A stretch of DNA of 64,000 nt from contig CAYIAA010000003.1 of assembly GCA_964361405.1 (NCBI GenBank), forward strand, positions 4,146 through 68,145, written 5' to 3'. How positions within the stretch are numbered: the first letter of the stretch is position 1; the number at the start of each line of letters is the position of its first letter. The position numbers and the translations under genes are program-made. Below are positions 9,738-19,780 of this stretch, in pieces. This DNA is from an uncultured Candidatus Saccharibacteria bacterium (GTDB taxonomy: Bacteria; Patescibacteriota; Minisyncoccia; Phycocordibacterales; UBA3531). A model generated the notes under the pieces. That model searched no databases, had not been told where the DNA came from, and saw nothing but the letters and a program-made list of their open reading frames with translations.

Positions 9738-11009
9738 ATGTTTGACTTAAAAGGCCTCAACTCAGCCCTCTCACAACTTGAGGAAGAGCGTGGTATACCG
9801 AAAGAAAAAATACTGGGCGCCATAGAAGACGCCCTTGCCGCCGCGTACAAAAAAGACTACGGGAAGCGTGGACAAATCGTACGAGCACATTTCGATCTCT
9901 CAGGCGGGACCGCCGAATTCTACCGCGTTAAAGTCGTTGTAGATGAATCAGTTCTGGAACACGATGAGAGAGGAGAGATGAAACTTGAAAACCCAACCGA
10001 AACGCCCGAAGAGGGTGCCTCACTCACCTATAACGAGGAGCAACATATCTTGCTCGCCGATGCAAAAAAAATTAAAGCAGATGCCGCGCCAGGGGATGAA
10101 ATCTCATTCCCCCTTGAGGCGAAGGGTGATTACGGCAGAATTGCCGCGCAGACCGCAAAACAAGTTATCATCCAGCGCATCCGTGAGGCAGAGAAAGTTT
10201 CGGTTCTCGATGAGTACGTCGGCAAGAAGGGGGGGCTCGTGAATGGCACAGTACAGAGAATCGAGCGCGGGAATGTATTTATTGATTTAGGCAGGACAAC
10301 GGCCATCCTTCCTCGAGAAGAGCAAATCCCGGGTGAATACTATCGGCAAGGAGAACGCATTAAAGCATATCTCTACGCAGTCGAAGAAACGGGCAGAAAT
10401 ATCGACCTCCGCCTCTCTCGCGCTCACCCACAATTTTTGGTTAAACTGTTTGAAGTCGAGTCCCCCGAAGTTGCGAGTGGCACGGTAGTTATTGAAGCTG
10501 TAGCCCGGGAAGCTGGCGCCCGTTCGAAAGTGGCGGTGTATTCCCGCGACGAGAATGTGGATCCGGTAGGATCGCTCGTTGGTCAGCGAGGTATTCGCGT
10601 GAACACCGTCATTAATGAGCTTGGCGGAGAAAAACTTGATATCATAGAGTGGTTTGATAACCCAGAGAGCTTTATTGCGCATGCCCTCTCTCCGGCGAAA
10701 ATCAAGCGGGTGACTTTGAGCGAAGAAGCTCGGGAAGCAAAAGTCGAAGTTGATCAAGATCAGTTCTCGCTTGCGATTGGAAGGGGTGGGCAGAATGTGC
10801 GACTCGCGGCCAAACTGACCGGCTGGAAAATAGACATCTCGGCCCCATCGGGCGAAAGTATGAGCGAGAGTCCTGACGGAAATAAAAAAGAGGAAGTGCC
10901 ACAAGAAACCCTAAACGAAGCCACAGAAAGCATTACTCCGGAAACCTCTCTCACTCAAGCTGTAGATGAAAATACCAAGGAGGAACTATTAAAAACGAAC
11001 GAAAACTAG
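9738..11009 (+). CDS. nusA: Transcription termination/antitermination factor NusA
   Basis: 'GRIAAQTAKQVIIQRIREAE', S1 and KH domains, 'AIGRGGQNVRLAAKLTGWKIDI'; acidic tail. Confidence 0.97.
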   Translation: MFDLKGLNSALSQLEEERGIPKEKILGAIEDALAAAYKKDYGKRGQIVRAHFDLSGGTAEFYRVKVVVDESVLEHDERGEMKLENPTETPEEGASLTYNEEQHILLADAKKIKADAAPGDEISFPLEAKGDYGRIAAQTAKQVIIQRIREAEKVSVLDEYVGKKGGLVNGTVQRIERGNVFIDLGRTTAILPREEQIPGEYYRQGERIKAYLYAVEETGRNIDLRLSRAHPQFLVKLFEVESPEVASGTVVIEAVAREAGARSKVAVYSRDENVDPVGSLVGQRGIRVNTVINELGGEKLDIIEWFDNPESFIAHALSPAKIKRVTLSEEAREAKVEVDQDQFSLAIGRGGQNVRLAAKLTGWKIDISAPSGESMSESPDGNKKEEVPQETLNEATESITPETSLTQAVDENTKEELLKTNEN

Positions 11010-11010
11010 C

Positions 11011-11538
11011 ATGAATCTTTGGCATGACATTTCCTGGGGGTCGGTAGAAAAACTCAAAGTTGTTATTGAGATACCGAAACTCTCGCGCGTCAAATACGAA
11101 CTCGATAAAGAGACGGGGCTCATCCATGTGGATCGTGTCCTTTACTCGCCGATGCACTATCCAGCAAACTACGGGTTCGTACCCCAAACACTCTGGGACG
11201 ACGGTGACCCGCTTGATGTCTTAGTACTCTCGCATGAACCCTTTGTCCCGGGATCTCTTGTCGAAGTACGCCCGATTGGCATTATGGACATGACCGACGA
11301 TGGAGACCCGGATGCAAAAATACTCGCCGTCCCGACGACAGACCCTCGTTTCCGAGAAGTGAACGATATTGCAAAACTTGAACCACATACATTAGAAGAA
11401 ATCCAGCATTTCTTTCGAGTATATAAAGATCTCCAGAAAAAAAAGGTCGTGGTGGGAGAATGGCAGGGGAGGACTGCCGCCCAAGAGGCTATTACAAAAG
11501 CTGTAGAATCGTACCAGAAACACTACCCGAAGGGTTAA
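11011..11538 (+). CDS. ppa: Inorganic pyrophosphatase (family I)
   Basis: 'KYELDK', 'YPANYGFVPQT', 'DGDPLDV'. Confidence 0.96.
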   Translation: MNLWHDISWGSVEKLKVVIEIPKLSRVKYELDKETGLIHVDRVLYSPMHYPANYGFVPQTLWDDGDPLDVLVLSHEPFVPGSLVEVRPIGIMDMTDDGDPDAKILAVPTTDPRFREVNDIAKLEPHTLEEIQHFFRVYKDLQKKKVVVGEWQGRTAAQEAITKAVESYQKHYPKG

Positions 11539-11629
11539 GAACGAGAGAGTTCTTCACAGACACGGCGTAGTAGCATAGAATAGTGCTATTAGTCACATTA
11601 TTTATTAGGTATAACATTCACACACTATA

Positions 11630-12262
11630 ATGAAAGCATCGAAAAGACATGTGGTGGTAGGAGCTCTTTTTTTATCGCTTGCGTTCGCACCACTCTCATT
11701 TGCTCAAAATGAAGAGAGCGGAGTAACCCCAGAAAGAGTGGGAACCCCGCTCCGAGGCCGCGTAGAAGGGTTAAGGGATCGCTTGCTCGACCGAAAGGAG
11801 GGGGCCATCGAAAAGCGAGGAAATGCAACATCGAGCGTCGCCGAGCGACGCGGAGAAAGAATGGAACAAATGCGAAGTCGTGTTCGCGCCTTTTCCGAGC
11901 GGATGATAAAACGCATACAGGCGGCCTTTGAGCGTCTCGAGAAATTAGTCGCGCGCATTGAGGCACGGGTTGCAAAACTTGAAGAGACAAATAAAAACAT
12001 CCAAACGGGAGAGGCAAAGAAATATATTGCCGATGCAAAAGGACTCATTCTATCAGGGAAAGCCAGCTTGAATGAGGCAGAATCTCTCATTGAGGAAACG
12101 GTTACTTCAGACTCCCCCCGAGAGTCCTTCCAAAAAGTACATGACCTCGTCAAAGCGTCAACTGCCGACTTGCGTAAAGCCCACGAAGCAATTAAAAATG
12201 CTCTTCGGTCTCTCAAATCTGCAATCGGCAAAGGTGCTGGCAGTGCAACTACCACACAATAA
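11630..12262 (+). CDS. Secreted alpha-helical/coiled-coil hypothetical protein
   Basis: Signal peptide ending SFA-Q, then long charged amphipathic helices. Confidence 0.75.
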   Translation: MKASKRHVVVGALFLSLAFAPLSFAQNEESGVTPERVGTPLRGRVEGLRDRLLDRKEGAIEKRGNATSSVAERRGERMEQMRSRVRAFSERMIKRIQAAFERLEKLVARIEARVAKLEETNKNIQTGEAKKYIADAKGLILSGKASLNEAESLIEETVTSDSPRESFQKVHDLVKASTADLRKAHEAIKNALRSLKSAIGKGAGSATTTQ

Positions 12263-12293
12263 TAATTAAGAGCTAATTAATTAAAGAAAAACC

Positions 12294-12629
12294 ATGAACG
12301 GAGACCAAACCTACACCCCCGGAGAGCGTAATTCCCAAGAAAACTCTAATGGGAAAGGCCCTCTCATTGGGTCGATTATCGTCATCCTTATCTTGATTGC
12401 AGGTCTCGCCTATCTCTGGCAGAACTTTCCCGAGCAGTCGCCCGGGATGCCCTCCGGTATGAGCGGTGAAGACATCGAGAATCTTCCCGACGAGGCCACT
12501 CAATCGCTCGAAAGCCAGAGCTCTTCTGATGAAATTTCAGCGATTGAGGCAGACCTCAATAGCACTGACTTACATAACATTGACGCCGAGCTCGATACGA
12601 TTAACGCGGAGCTTAACTCCGTCGAGTAA
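12294..12629 (+). CDS. Single-pass membrane hypothetical protein with acidic C-terminus
   Basis: 'GPLIGSIIVILILIAGLAYLW' TM segment; 'SSSDEISAIEADL' tail. Confidence 0.75.
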   Translation: MNGDQTYTPGERNSQENSNGKGPLIGSIIVILILIAGLAYLWQNFPEQSPGMPSGMSGEDIENLPDEATQSLESQSSSDEISAIEADLNSTDLHNIDAELDTINAELNSVE

Positions 12630-12659
12630 GAGTTTTCCCCCCAGAACTACGAAGCTCCA

Positions 12660-13262
12660 ATGCTTATTCCAACCGTTATAGAAAAATCACCCTTTGGGGA
12701 ACGGGCGTACGACATTTATTCGCGACTCTTAAAGGAGCGGATTATTTTCCTGGGCGATACAGTTACCGATGACGTTGCAAATTTGGTTATTGCCCAGCTC
12801 CTCTTTCTTGAGTCCGAAGACTCGAAAAAAGATATTAACCTCTACGTCAACTCCCCGGGTGGCTCAGTGACGGCAGGACTCGCAATCTATGATGCCATGC
12901 AGCACATCAAACCTGATGTATCCACGATTTGTGTCGGCCTCGCCGCAAGCATGGGGTCCGTTATCTTAGCTGGGGGGGCCAAAGGTAAGCGCTTTGCACT
13001 CCCGAATGCCGACGTCATGATTCACCAAGTTTCCGCAGGGTTCCAAGGTCAAGCATCGGACATTGAACGGAATGCGCAGTATATTCTGCGTATCAAGAAG
13101 CGCCTGATTGAAATCCTTGCGCGTCACACCGGTCACCCCACAGCGAAAGTTGAGGCTGATTCTGATCGCGATTATTTCATGAGTGCCGAAGAAGCGAAGA
13201 AATACGGCATCATTGACCACGTTCTTCTTCAGAAAGGGAAAAACGTTCTGCAGAAAAAATAA
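12660..13262 (+). CDS. clpP: ATP-dependent Clp protease proteolytic subunit
   Basis: '[15 protein letters not shown]', 'NSPGGSV', 'AASMG', 'MIHQ'. Confidence 0.97.
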   Translation: MLIPTVIEKSPFGERAYDIYSRLLKERIIFLGDTVTDDVANLVIAQLLFLESEDSKKDINLYVNSPGGSVTAGLAIYDAMQHIKPDVSTICVGLAASMGSVILAGGAKGKRFALPNADVMIHQVSAGFQGQASDIERNAQYILRIKKRLIEILARHTGHPTAKVEADSDRDYFMSAEEAKKYGIIDHVLLQKGKNVLQKK

Positions 13263-13279
13263 ATCCGAAGTTTTTTGAG

Positions 13280-13990
13280 CTAGTTCACCTTCCCGAGCTG
13301 GGCCTCAATGAACTCCTTCACTTGCTCGTAGGGCAAAGCGCCTTCAATCGGGGTGGTTTCTCCACCGCGAACTAAAACAAGCGATGAAGGCGTGCCGGTA
13401 ATGCCTGCCTTCCTCCCATCTTCAAAATCGTCGTTCACCTTGCTCGCATACTTACCAGATGAAAGACATGCCTCAAATGCGGCCTTCTCAATCCCCACCT
13501 CTACCGCGAGCGTCGAGAGCATTTCTGGTTCAAGTCGGTTGTTTGACGGCGTCACTTCAAAAACGCGATTTATGTATTGCCAAAATTTTTCCTGCCCGCC
13601 GAGCCCGGTAACACACTCCGTTGCCTCGGCTTCCTTTCGTGCTTTCGGGTGAATAGAGTCTATGGGAAAGTGGCGGTAGACCCAAGCCACCCGCCCATCC
13701 TTTCCATACTCATCCATAATGCGCAACATCGTTTGGTGAAATGTTTTACAGAAAGGACATTCAAGATCGGAGTACTCGACGATGACAACAGGAGCGTCCG
13801 GATTCCCAAGAACATGCTCGTCCGCAGAGACTTCGCGGATACTCGGAGCATTGCCCATGGAACCGCTGTCTAACACATTCGCCGTCCCGCCGTCGAGCCT
13901 CCCAGAAAAATAGATCGAGCCCCCAACAATTACCCCGGCAACCATAATAGAAATTGGCACGAGATAAGAATTTTTTGTTTCTTCTGCCAT
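13280..13990 (-). CDS. Membrane-anchored DsbA-family thiol-disulfide oxidoreductase
   Basis: N-terminal TM, 'EYSDLECPFCK' CxxC, 'YRHFP', 'GTP'. Confidence 0.92.
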   Translation of the reverse strand: MAEETKNSYLVPISIMVAGVIVGGSIYFSGRLDGGTANVLDSGSMGNAPSIREVSADEHVLGNPDAPVVIVEYSDLECPFCKTFHQTMLRIMDEYGKDGRVAWVYRHFPIDSIHPKARKEAEATECVTGLGGQEKFWQYINRVFEVTPSNNRLEPEMLSTLAVEVGIEKAAFEACLSSGKYASKVNDDFEDGRKAGITGTPSSLVLVRGGETTPIEGALPYEQVKEFIEAQLGKVN

Positions 13991-14105
13991 ATGTTTCGCC
14001 TAGCATAGCAAACCCCCCCAAAGAGAGCAAGATAAAGAGCTCTCTAGACTCGGTCGAGCGATGTGCTATGATGGCCATATTAGCACTAGTTAACGATACT
14101 TGAAT

Positions 14106-14242
14106 CCGCTCCTAAAAAATCCCTATGCTGTCAACCTCTCTCACTGCGTATTTTCCTCGTGAGTAGCGGCCTAAAGACTCGCTTTTTTATTTTTCCTTTT
14201 CAAATTCCGAAATCGCTCTGACACCGTAGGGTTTTTAAGCGG
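14106..14242 (+). ncRNA. Structured RNA upstream of rny (leader/attenuator or 6S-like RNA candidate)
   Basis: Long interrupted closing stem 14106-14133 / 14219-14242, with an internal hairpin plus U-tract. Extended -10 TGcTATGAT at 14064-14072. Confidence 0.5.
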
Positions 14243-14253
14243 CACAAACGCTT

Positions 14254-15783
14254 ATGAGCTCAACCACAATACTGCTTTTGATCGGCGTCGCCGGACTCGG
14301 AGGCATTGTCTCCGGCTATTTTCTCCGCTGGATTATCTCGCTTGGAAGAAAGGGCTCTATTGAGCTTGAAATCAAACAGTCCCTCCTCGACGCAAAAGCT
14401 GCGGGGCAAAAAATCACCGAGGCCGCGGACCACGAAGCCGAACGCGTCATTGGAGAAGCCAAACGGAAACTCGAAGAGCGTGAGAACGAACTTAAAAAAA
14501 CCGAAGACCGGCTCGTCAAGAAAGACGAAACTCTCGATAAACGCCAGGCCGATCTCGACCGTGAACTCGAAGGGCTCAAACGGAAAGTCGATGAAGTAAA
14601 AAATCTCAAAGAAGGCGTTGAAAGAACGCAGGAGGAAGCGGCTAAAAAAATCGAGGAAGCGGCTGGTCTCACGCGAGAGAAAGCAAAGGAACACCTCATA
14701 GCCGAAGTCGAAACCCAGCATGAGGAAGACCTCAAAGTACGTCTCCAGAAGCTCGAAACCTCTGCGGGAGAAACACTTGAACGAAAGGCAAAAGATATCC
14801 TCGCGAACATTATCCAACGTCTCGCGATCTCAACAGTATCCGAAACGATGTCAACGGCAGTTGCCTTGCCCTCGGAAGACTTGAAGGGAAAAATCATCGG
14901 AAAGGAGGGTAGAAATATCAGGGCATTTGAACGCGCGACCGGTGTTGAGGTCTTGATTGACGATACGCCGGGCACTATCGTGCTCTCGGGATTTGACCCT
15001 GTTCGGCGTGCCACGGCAAAGCGCGCACTCGAACATCTCATTGCCGACGGAAGAATCCAACCCGCAAAAATTGAAGAGTTCGTCGGAAAAGCGAAAGAAG
15101 AAATTGGAAAAATTATTAAAGAAAAAGGTGAACAAGCTGCCTATGAGTGTGGGGTTTTTAACCTCGACCCCCGCATCCTCTCCATCCTAGGACGACTCCA
15201 CTTCCGAACGAGCTATGGGCAGAACGTGCTCCAGCACTCGATTGAAATGGCGCATCTCTCCGGCATGCTCTCCGAAGAACTCGGCGCCGACACCCTCGTG
15301 GCAAAAGCCGGTGCTCTCCTCCACGACGTCGGCAAGGCGGTTGACCATGAAATTCGAGGCACGCATGTAGAGATCGGGAGACGAATACTCCAAAAATTCG
15401 GCGCGGACCCTCGAATCATCCAGGCTATGCAATCCCATCATGAGGAGTATGAGTACGAAACGCTTGAATCCATCATTGTCCAAACCGCCGACACCATCTC
15501 TGGCGGCCGCCCGGGTGCTCGTCGGGACTCTATTGAAAACTACCTTCGCCGGCTTGAAGAGCTCGAAGGCATCGCGAACTCTTTCGAGGGAGTCGAGAAA
15601 ACCTATGCTATCCAAGCGGGCCGAGAAATAAGGGTTTTTGTGACTCCGGAGAAGATTTCCGACCTTGAGGCGCGGAAACTTGCTCGGGAAATTGCACTCC
15701 GGATTGAGCGTGAATTGAAGTACCCGGGCGAAATCAAGATTATGGTAATCAGGGAGTCTCGAGTTATTGAGTTTGCCCGCTAG
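14254..15783 (+). CDS. rny: Ribonuclease Y
   Basis: N-terminal TM, coiled coil, KH 'KGKIIGKEGRNIR', HD 'LLHDVGK', 'RPGARR'. Confidence 0.97.
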   Translation: MSSTTILLLIGVAGLGGIVSGYFLRWIISLGRKGSIELEIKQSLLDAKAAGQKITEAADHEAERVIGEAKRKLEERENELKKTEDRLVKKDETLDKRQADLDRELEGLKRKVDEVKNLKEGVERTQEEAAKKIEEAAGLTREKAKEHLIAEVETQHEEDLKVRLQKLETSAGETLERKAKDILANIIQRLAISTVSETMSTAVALPSEDLKGKIIGKEGRNIRAFERATGVEVLIDDTPGTIVLSGFDPVRRATAKRALEHLIADGRIQPAKIEEFVGKAKEEIGKIIKEKGEQAAYECGVFNLDPRILSILGRLHFRTSYGQNVLQHSIEMAHLSGMLSEELGADTLVAKAGALLHDVGKAVDHEIRGTHVEIGRRILQKFGADPRIIQAMQSHHEEYEYETLESIIVQTADTISGGRPGARRDSIENYLRRLEELEGIANSFEGVEKTYAIQAGREIRVFVTPEKISDLEARKLAREIALRIERELKYPGEIKIMVIRESRVIEFAR

Positions 15784-15879
15784 GGCAATCCCCCTTGCAC
15801 TGAAAATATGGCTTCACGTATAATGATTCCATGGCAATAACGGGGTCGGTTGTCATTATCAATTTAGCGCGGATGACTT

Positions 15880-16152
15880 ATGAATAAAGCTGGTATCGTC
15901 GAAGCGGTGCACGGTAAATTAAACGGCACCAAGGTTGCGGCAGAAGAAGCCGTAGACACTATGGTAAGCGCAATCGTAAGCAGCCTGAAGCACGGGGAAG
16001 AGGTATCCATTGCGGGTCTTGGTATTTTCTCCGTCAAACAACGGGCAGCTCGAACTGCACGGAATCCAAGGACCGGCGCCTCCATACAGATTTCGGCCAT
16101 GAAAGTGCCGAAGTTTCGTGCGGCGAAAGCTCTCAAAGACGCCGTTAAATAA
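15880..16152 (+). CDS. hup: HU family DNA-binding protein
   Basis: 'MNKA', 'GLGIF', 'ARTARNPRTG', 'PKFRAAKALKDAV'. Confidence 0.96.
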   Translation: MNKAGIVEAVHGKLNGTKVAAEEAVDTMVSAIVSSLKHGEEVSIAGLGIFSVKQRAARTARNPRTGASIQISAMKVPKFRAAKALKDAVK

Positions 16153-16187
16153 TTCCTGTATTTCTCTCGCGAGAGAAATATCACTAC

Positions 16188-16221
16188 ACCAAAACCTCCG
16201 CCACATGGCGGAGGTTTTGGT
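16188..16221. terminator. Bidirectional intrinsic terminator
   Basis: ACCAAAACCTCCGCCA-ca-TGGCGGAGGTTTTGGT between convergent genes. Confidence 0.75.
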
Positions 16222-16231
16222 TATACATATT

Positions 16232-16543
16232 TTAGACTACCTGTCCCAACTCGCGCCTAAGTTTTTTAAGTTTTCTTCTCTCCGCAAGAGTAAGTGCCAA
16301 TAGTGTCAAAAATAAGACCCGCACGATCGAGACAATGATTCCGGTCGCCAAAAGAAACCCTTCTGGGTGGATGACAAACTTAATGAATAGAACAACGCCG
16401 ACGGATAAGAAACTATTATCAAAAAGTAGCCCCGCTATAATATCGAGAGCAATCCAAAAAACAACTACGGTAAATATCCAAAGACGCCTCCGATTCTTCT
16501 TTATTTGTTTTTCCAATGCCTCAAGGATGTTTTGTGATGACAT
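16232..16543 (-). CDS. Small membrane hypothetical protein
   Basis: 2-3 hydrophobic segments flanked by basic ends; starts 7 nt after the tRNA-Gly 3' end. Confidence 0.55.
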   Translation of the reverse strand: MSSQNILEALEKQIKKNRRRLWIFTVVVFWIALDIIAGLLFDNSFLSVGVVLFIKFVIHPEGFLLATGIIVSIVRVLFLTLLALTLAERRKLKKLRRELGQVV

Positions 16544-16549
16544 GTCCGA

Positions 16550-16620
16550 TGCGGGTAGGGAGAATCGAACTCCCGTCTACTGCTTGGAAGGCAGTCATTC
16601 TACCACTAAACCATACCCGC
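16550..16620 (-). tRNA. tRNA-Gly(TCC)
   Basis: GCGGGTA/TACCCGC acceptor stem, anticodon arm ACTGC-CTTCCAA-GCAGT, T-loop GTTCGATTC; CCA not encoded. Confidence 0.95.
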
Positions 16621-16706
16621 CCCTCTTGTATGAGAACCAGAGTTATCGTACCAGATGGACTACACCCCATCAATTTTAGAACCTTCGGATTGAGTGTAGA
16701 AAAAAA

Positions 16707-17861
16707 TTACGAAAAAAGTTTTCGTCCCGAACTTTGCGCCGAACGTTCTTTCTCAAGCTTCATGTGGGCCTCCTGCATTTGGCGGTAGAGATTTACGATA
16801 TACATAAGAAGTCCGACGAGTGCGGTGATGAGCGTAAAGAGCGCTGTCCACCCCAGGAAAGATTTCGGAAAATACGATCCATTTTTTGCTTCTTGATTAC
16901 CTAGCCCGTCATTCTTTTCATCAATTTCTTTCTCGTCTTCCTTTTTAGCATCGGAAACCTCCGTTATCCCCTCGCCCGGAGTAACGTCCTCTTCCAGCGC
17001 TGGGGCAACATACGAAGAAGAGTCGGGCACCGAAACGACCGTGGACGGTGTATAGCTAGAAACGGGAGCACTAGTCCCCGACTGATATTGATAGAATGAG
17101 GGGTTTGAATTTTGATTCGTTACAAATCGAATGGTCGCGCCCCAACTCGATCCAAACTGCGTCTGACCGACAGCGCGGTAGTAGTATGTAGTATTGGGCA
17201 TGAGGCCAGAGATGGCTTCTGAAAAATCCATCGTGAGCATTGAGCCGAGTCCACGTACCGGAGTAACATTCCCTAATCCCGGCGTTGTCCCCCATTCAAA
17301 GTATCCGTTTGCATAGAAATCTCCGCGAGGTAAGACACTGCCTTGTAACCGCGCACTTATCAAAGAAACTTCTGTCGGCACACTAGTAACCACGATCGGC
17401 GGAGGTGTTTGCGGTGGAGCAGACAATTCATACGGATAGATTGTCGGAAGTGAGGTGTCCGCAGTGCCGTCGGTCTTGAAATGTATCGTTCTCCCGACAA
17501 CCACCCGATCCTCGTCTTGCACGATAAGCCGATAATAATATGAACGGCCTTTCTCAAGACTTCTCACTTGTGCCGTGATTTGCTTAAGGCGAGTCGAAGT
17601 CTGTATCACAACCGGTGATGTTTTTTTCTCCATCGTGATGGAGTCACCCCACTCAAACCACCCAACCACTTCGCGCCCACTTAAATTCTTCACAAACCCG
17701 CGAATGCGAGCGGATGTAGCGCCAACATTTATATTCGGGTAATGCGTGGTCACCACCACACTTTCAATACCGTAGGCAGGCGTAGCGGCGTCTGCAATCG
17801 GCACACCTACGAGTGACAAAAGAGTTACGCTCACGAGGTATACAGTAAAAAACCTTTTCAT
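16707..17861 (-). CDS. Secreted/surface protein with two fibronectin type III-like repeats and C-terminal TM anchor
   Basis: Signal peptide; duplicated '(W/Y)FEWG...L...YYYR...G.TI.F.T' modules; Ser/Thr/acidic linker; C-terminal TM. Confidence 0.75.
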   Translation of the reverse strand: MKRFFTVYLVSVTLLSLVGVPIADAATPAYGIESVVVTTHYPNINVGATSARIRGFVKNLSGREVVGWFEWGDSITMEKKTSPVVIQTSTRLKQITAQVRSLEKGRSYYYRLIVQDEDRVVVGRTIHFKTDGTADTSLPTIYPYELSAPPQTPPPIVVTSVPTEVSLISARLQGSVLPRGDFYANGYFEWGTTPGLGNVTPVRGLGSMLTMDFSEAISGLMPNTTYYYRAVGQTQFGSSWGATIRFVTNQNSNPSFYQYQSGTSAPVSSYTPSTVVSVPDSSSYVAPALEEDVTPGEGITEVSDAKKEDEKEIDEKNDGLGNQEAKNGSYFPKSFLGWTALFTLITALVGLLMYIVNLYRQMQEAHMKLEKERSAQSSGRKLFS

Positions 17862-18085
17862 GTTTTTTTTCTAATTTTTTTCTTTGGGTTAAACGATTTA
17901 TCTGACAATATACATAAGTAACATATTGAGAACAATTTGTCAATGCACCACAAGGTCAAATCGCTCGAAACGAAAAACTACTGCGTGTTACCCCTCGCTG
18001 CTGTTTCTCCATTCTACGGGGAATGAAAAAAAATAAACCGCCCCGATATTCGGGGGCGTGATCAAGCAATCAAACTAAACCGTTT

Positions 18086-19777
18086 TCAGTTTGGAAACAA
18101 ATTGATGAGAAGTCCGAGCAAAAATTCGCGGAGTGTCGGCGGACGACTCGATTGCGGCGGGGGCACAGTAGTGCCACCCGGCTGTTGATACTGCTCTCGG
18201 TACCGCTGTTGAAATTCCTGATTAAATTGCTGTTGGTATTGATCCTGATAGCTCGAGCTCGGAGGAAGAGTGCTTGCGCCCGGCAGCGATGGTTGCCGAA
18301 TTCCGTCCAGAGAGGGTGATTGCTGATACTGATACTGCTTCATTTTTTCAATTTCTTCTGGAGTCATGCGGTCAGGCGATGGTGAGACATACCCTGGCGG
18401 TATTTCCCCAGGCCTCGGTTGAAACTTCGGTGCTGTCATTTTCTTTTCTTCCATCATGTTCATGTCCCGACATTTGTCGGGGTTCTCTTTGCAAAACTCT
18501 TCCTGGTTCATCGGTGGTATGCCGCTCTCGCGAGCGCCAGGAGGTATGAGGCGCATATCTTCACCGCCCCGCATTTCCCCAGATTCACGAAAACAGAGTT
18601 CCATCGTCGCGCGGAGATCTTGGCCCGGCTCAACTCTTCCCTCTTTTATTGCCGCCGCCCGATCTTCACCCAAGGTGCGCCTCAAACACTCGAATACCAC
18701 AGGCGGGAACTGCCCACCTTCCGTGCGCGGAATCATACGCTCGAAACACTGACGCACCCTCACTTCGACATCACCAGAAAGCGGGCTGCCAGTACCACTC
18801 TCAAGACTCGTTACAACATTCGGTCCGAGCGTCTCCTTGATGCAGGCAGCAACTTCGGGCGGCGCGTCGCGGAGCGCATGTACGAAACGTTCGGATCCTT
18901 CGCGAGCGTTGAATGCCTGCTCTTCCGTGATAATGCCGTGGCCCTTGGCAAATGAGATGCACTCCTCGAGGTGCGCTGGGTCGGAACAATAGGTGTTACA
19001 TTCTTCTTTTCCTTTGCAGTCGCCGGGGCCGGCACGTTTGCCTATCTTCCGTGCCATTGTCGCCTCTTCGGGGCTCATCATTCCCATCTTCTCACCAAAT
19101 GATACACATACTTCGAAATGTTCATCGCTCTCACAGTACGATTGACACTCCTCTTTTGATTTACAACCGCCGGGCGTCTCTCCTTTCCGCATGAGCTCAA
19201 TCGCTCGTCGTGCTTGCTCGATTTCTTTCTTGGGTATAAATCCCGCCCTTTCTGCAAAAGCGAGACATTCATCTCCGTGGTTTAGATCCTTGCAGAAGGT
19301 CTCACATGTTTTCTTACTTGTGCATCCGCCGGGCAGTTTTGCTCCTTCAGTAATTGCCTGTCGCACTTGCCGTGCCTCATTAAGCTCGCGCTCGGACATC
19401 AAGTTATGCTCTTCAGCGAATGCGATGCATTCATCAATGTGCTTCAAATCCGAACAATAACTACGGCAGGTGTCTTGCGATGTGCATCCCCCAGGACCAC
19501 CGCTTGCTACTACATCCGCAAAACGCCCTATGTCCGCTTCGCTCTTTGCTTGCAGTTGCTCATCAAGAAGATTGTGTGCACGCGCAAATAAAAAGCACGC
19601 GCGGTAATTCGTGGGTGCATCGCAGTACCGGAGACACGCGGCTTTGTCTTTACAATTACCGAGTTCAGTAACGGGATAGATAATCCCCTCTTCCTGCGCC
19701 AGAGCAAAAACCGCATATGACAAGACAGCTACCGTAAACGAGATCAAAATGAGAGCGACTATGTTTTTGCCATTCAT
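18086..19777 (-). CDS. Secreted cysteine-rich repeat protein
   Basis: Signal peptide; five C-x5-C-x3-C-x8-C repeats ('PGGCxSxxxCxxYCxDxxHxxECxxFA'); two further two-Cys repeats; Gln/Pro-rich tail. Confidence 0.85.
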   Translation of the reverse strand: MNGKNIVALILISFTVAVLSYAVFALAQEEGIIYPVTELGNCKDKAACLRYCDAPTNYRACFLFARAHNLLDEQLQAKSEADIGRFADVVASGGPGGCTSQDTCRSYCSDLKHIDECIAFAEEHNLMSERELNEARQVRQAITEGAKLPGGCTSKKTCETFCKDLNHGDECLAFAERAGFIPKKEIEQARRAIELMRKGETPGGCKSKEECQSYCESDEHFEVCVSFGEKMGMMSPEEATMARKIGKRAGPGDCKGKEECNTYCSDPAHLEECISFAKGHGIITEEQAFNAREGSERFVHALRDAPPEVAACIKETLGPNVVTSLESGTGSPLSGDVEVRVRQCFERMIPRTEGGQFPPVVFECLRRTLGEDRAAAIKEGRVEPGQDLRATMELCFRESGEMRGGEDMRLIPPGARESGIPPMNQEEFCKENPDKCRDMNMMEEKKMTAPKFQPRPGEIPPGYVSPSPDRMTPEEIEKMKQYQYQQSPSLDGIRQPSLPGASTLPPSSSYQDQYQQQFNQEFQQRYREQYQQPGGTTVPPPQSSRPPTLREFLLGLLINLFPN

Positions 19778-19780
19778 TCG

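Noticed and set aside
15831-15888. Short upstream ORF (MAITGSVVIINLARMTYE) overlapping the hup start
   Set aside because: It could be a leaderless uORF after TATAAT, but there is no supporting evidence and the region is equally explained as a hairpin-containing 5' UTR.
18086-19777. Multiheme cytochrome c
   Set aside because: Cys spacing is x5/x3/x8 and there are no CxxCH motifs.
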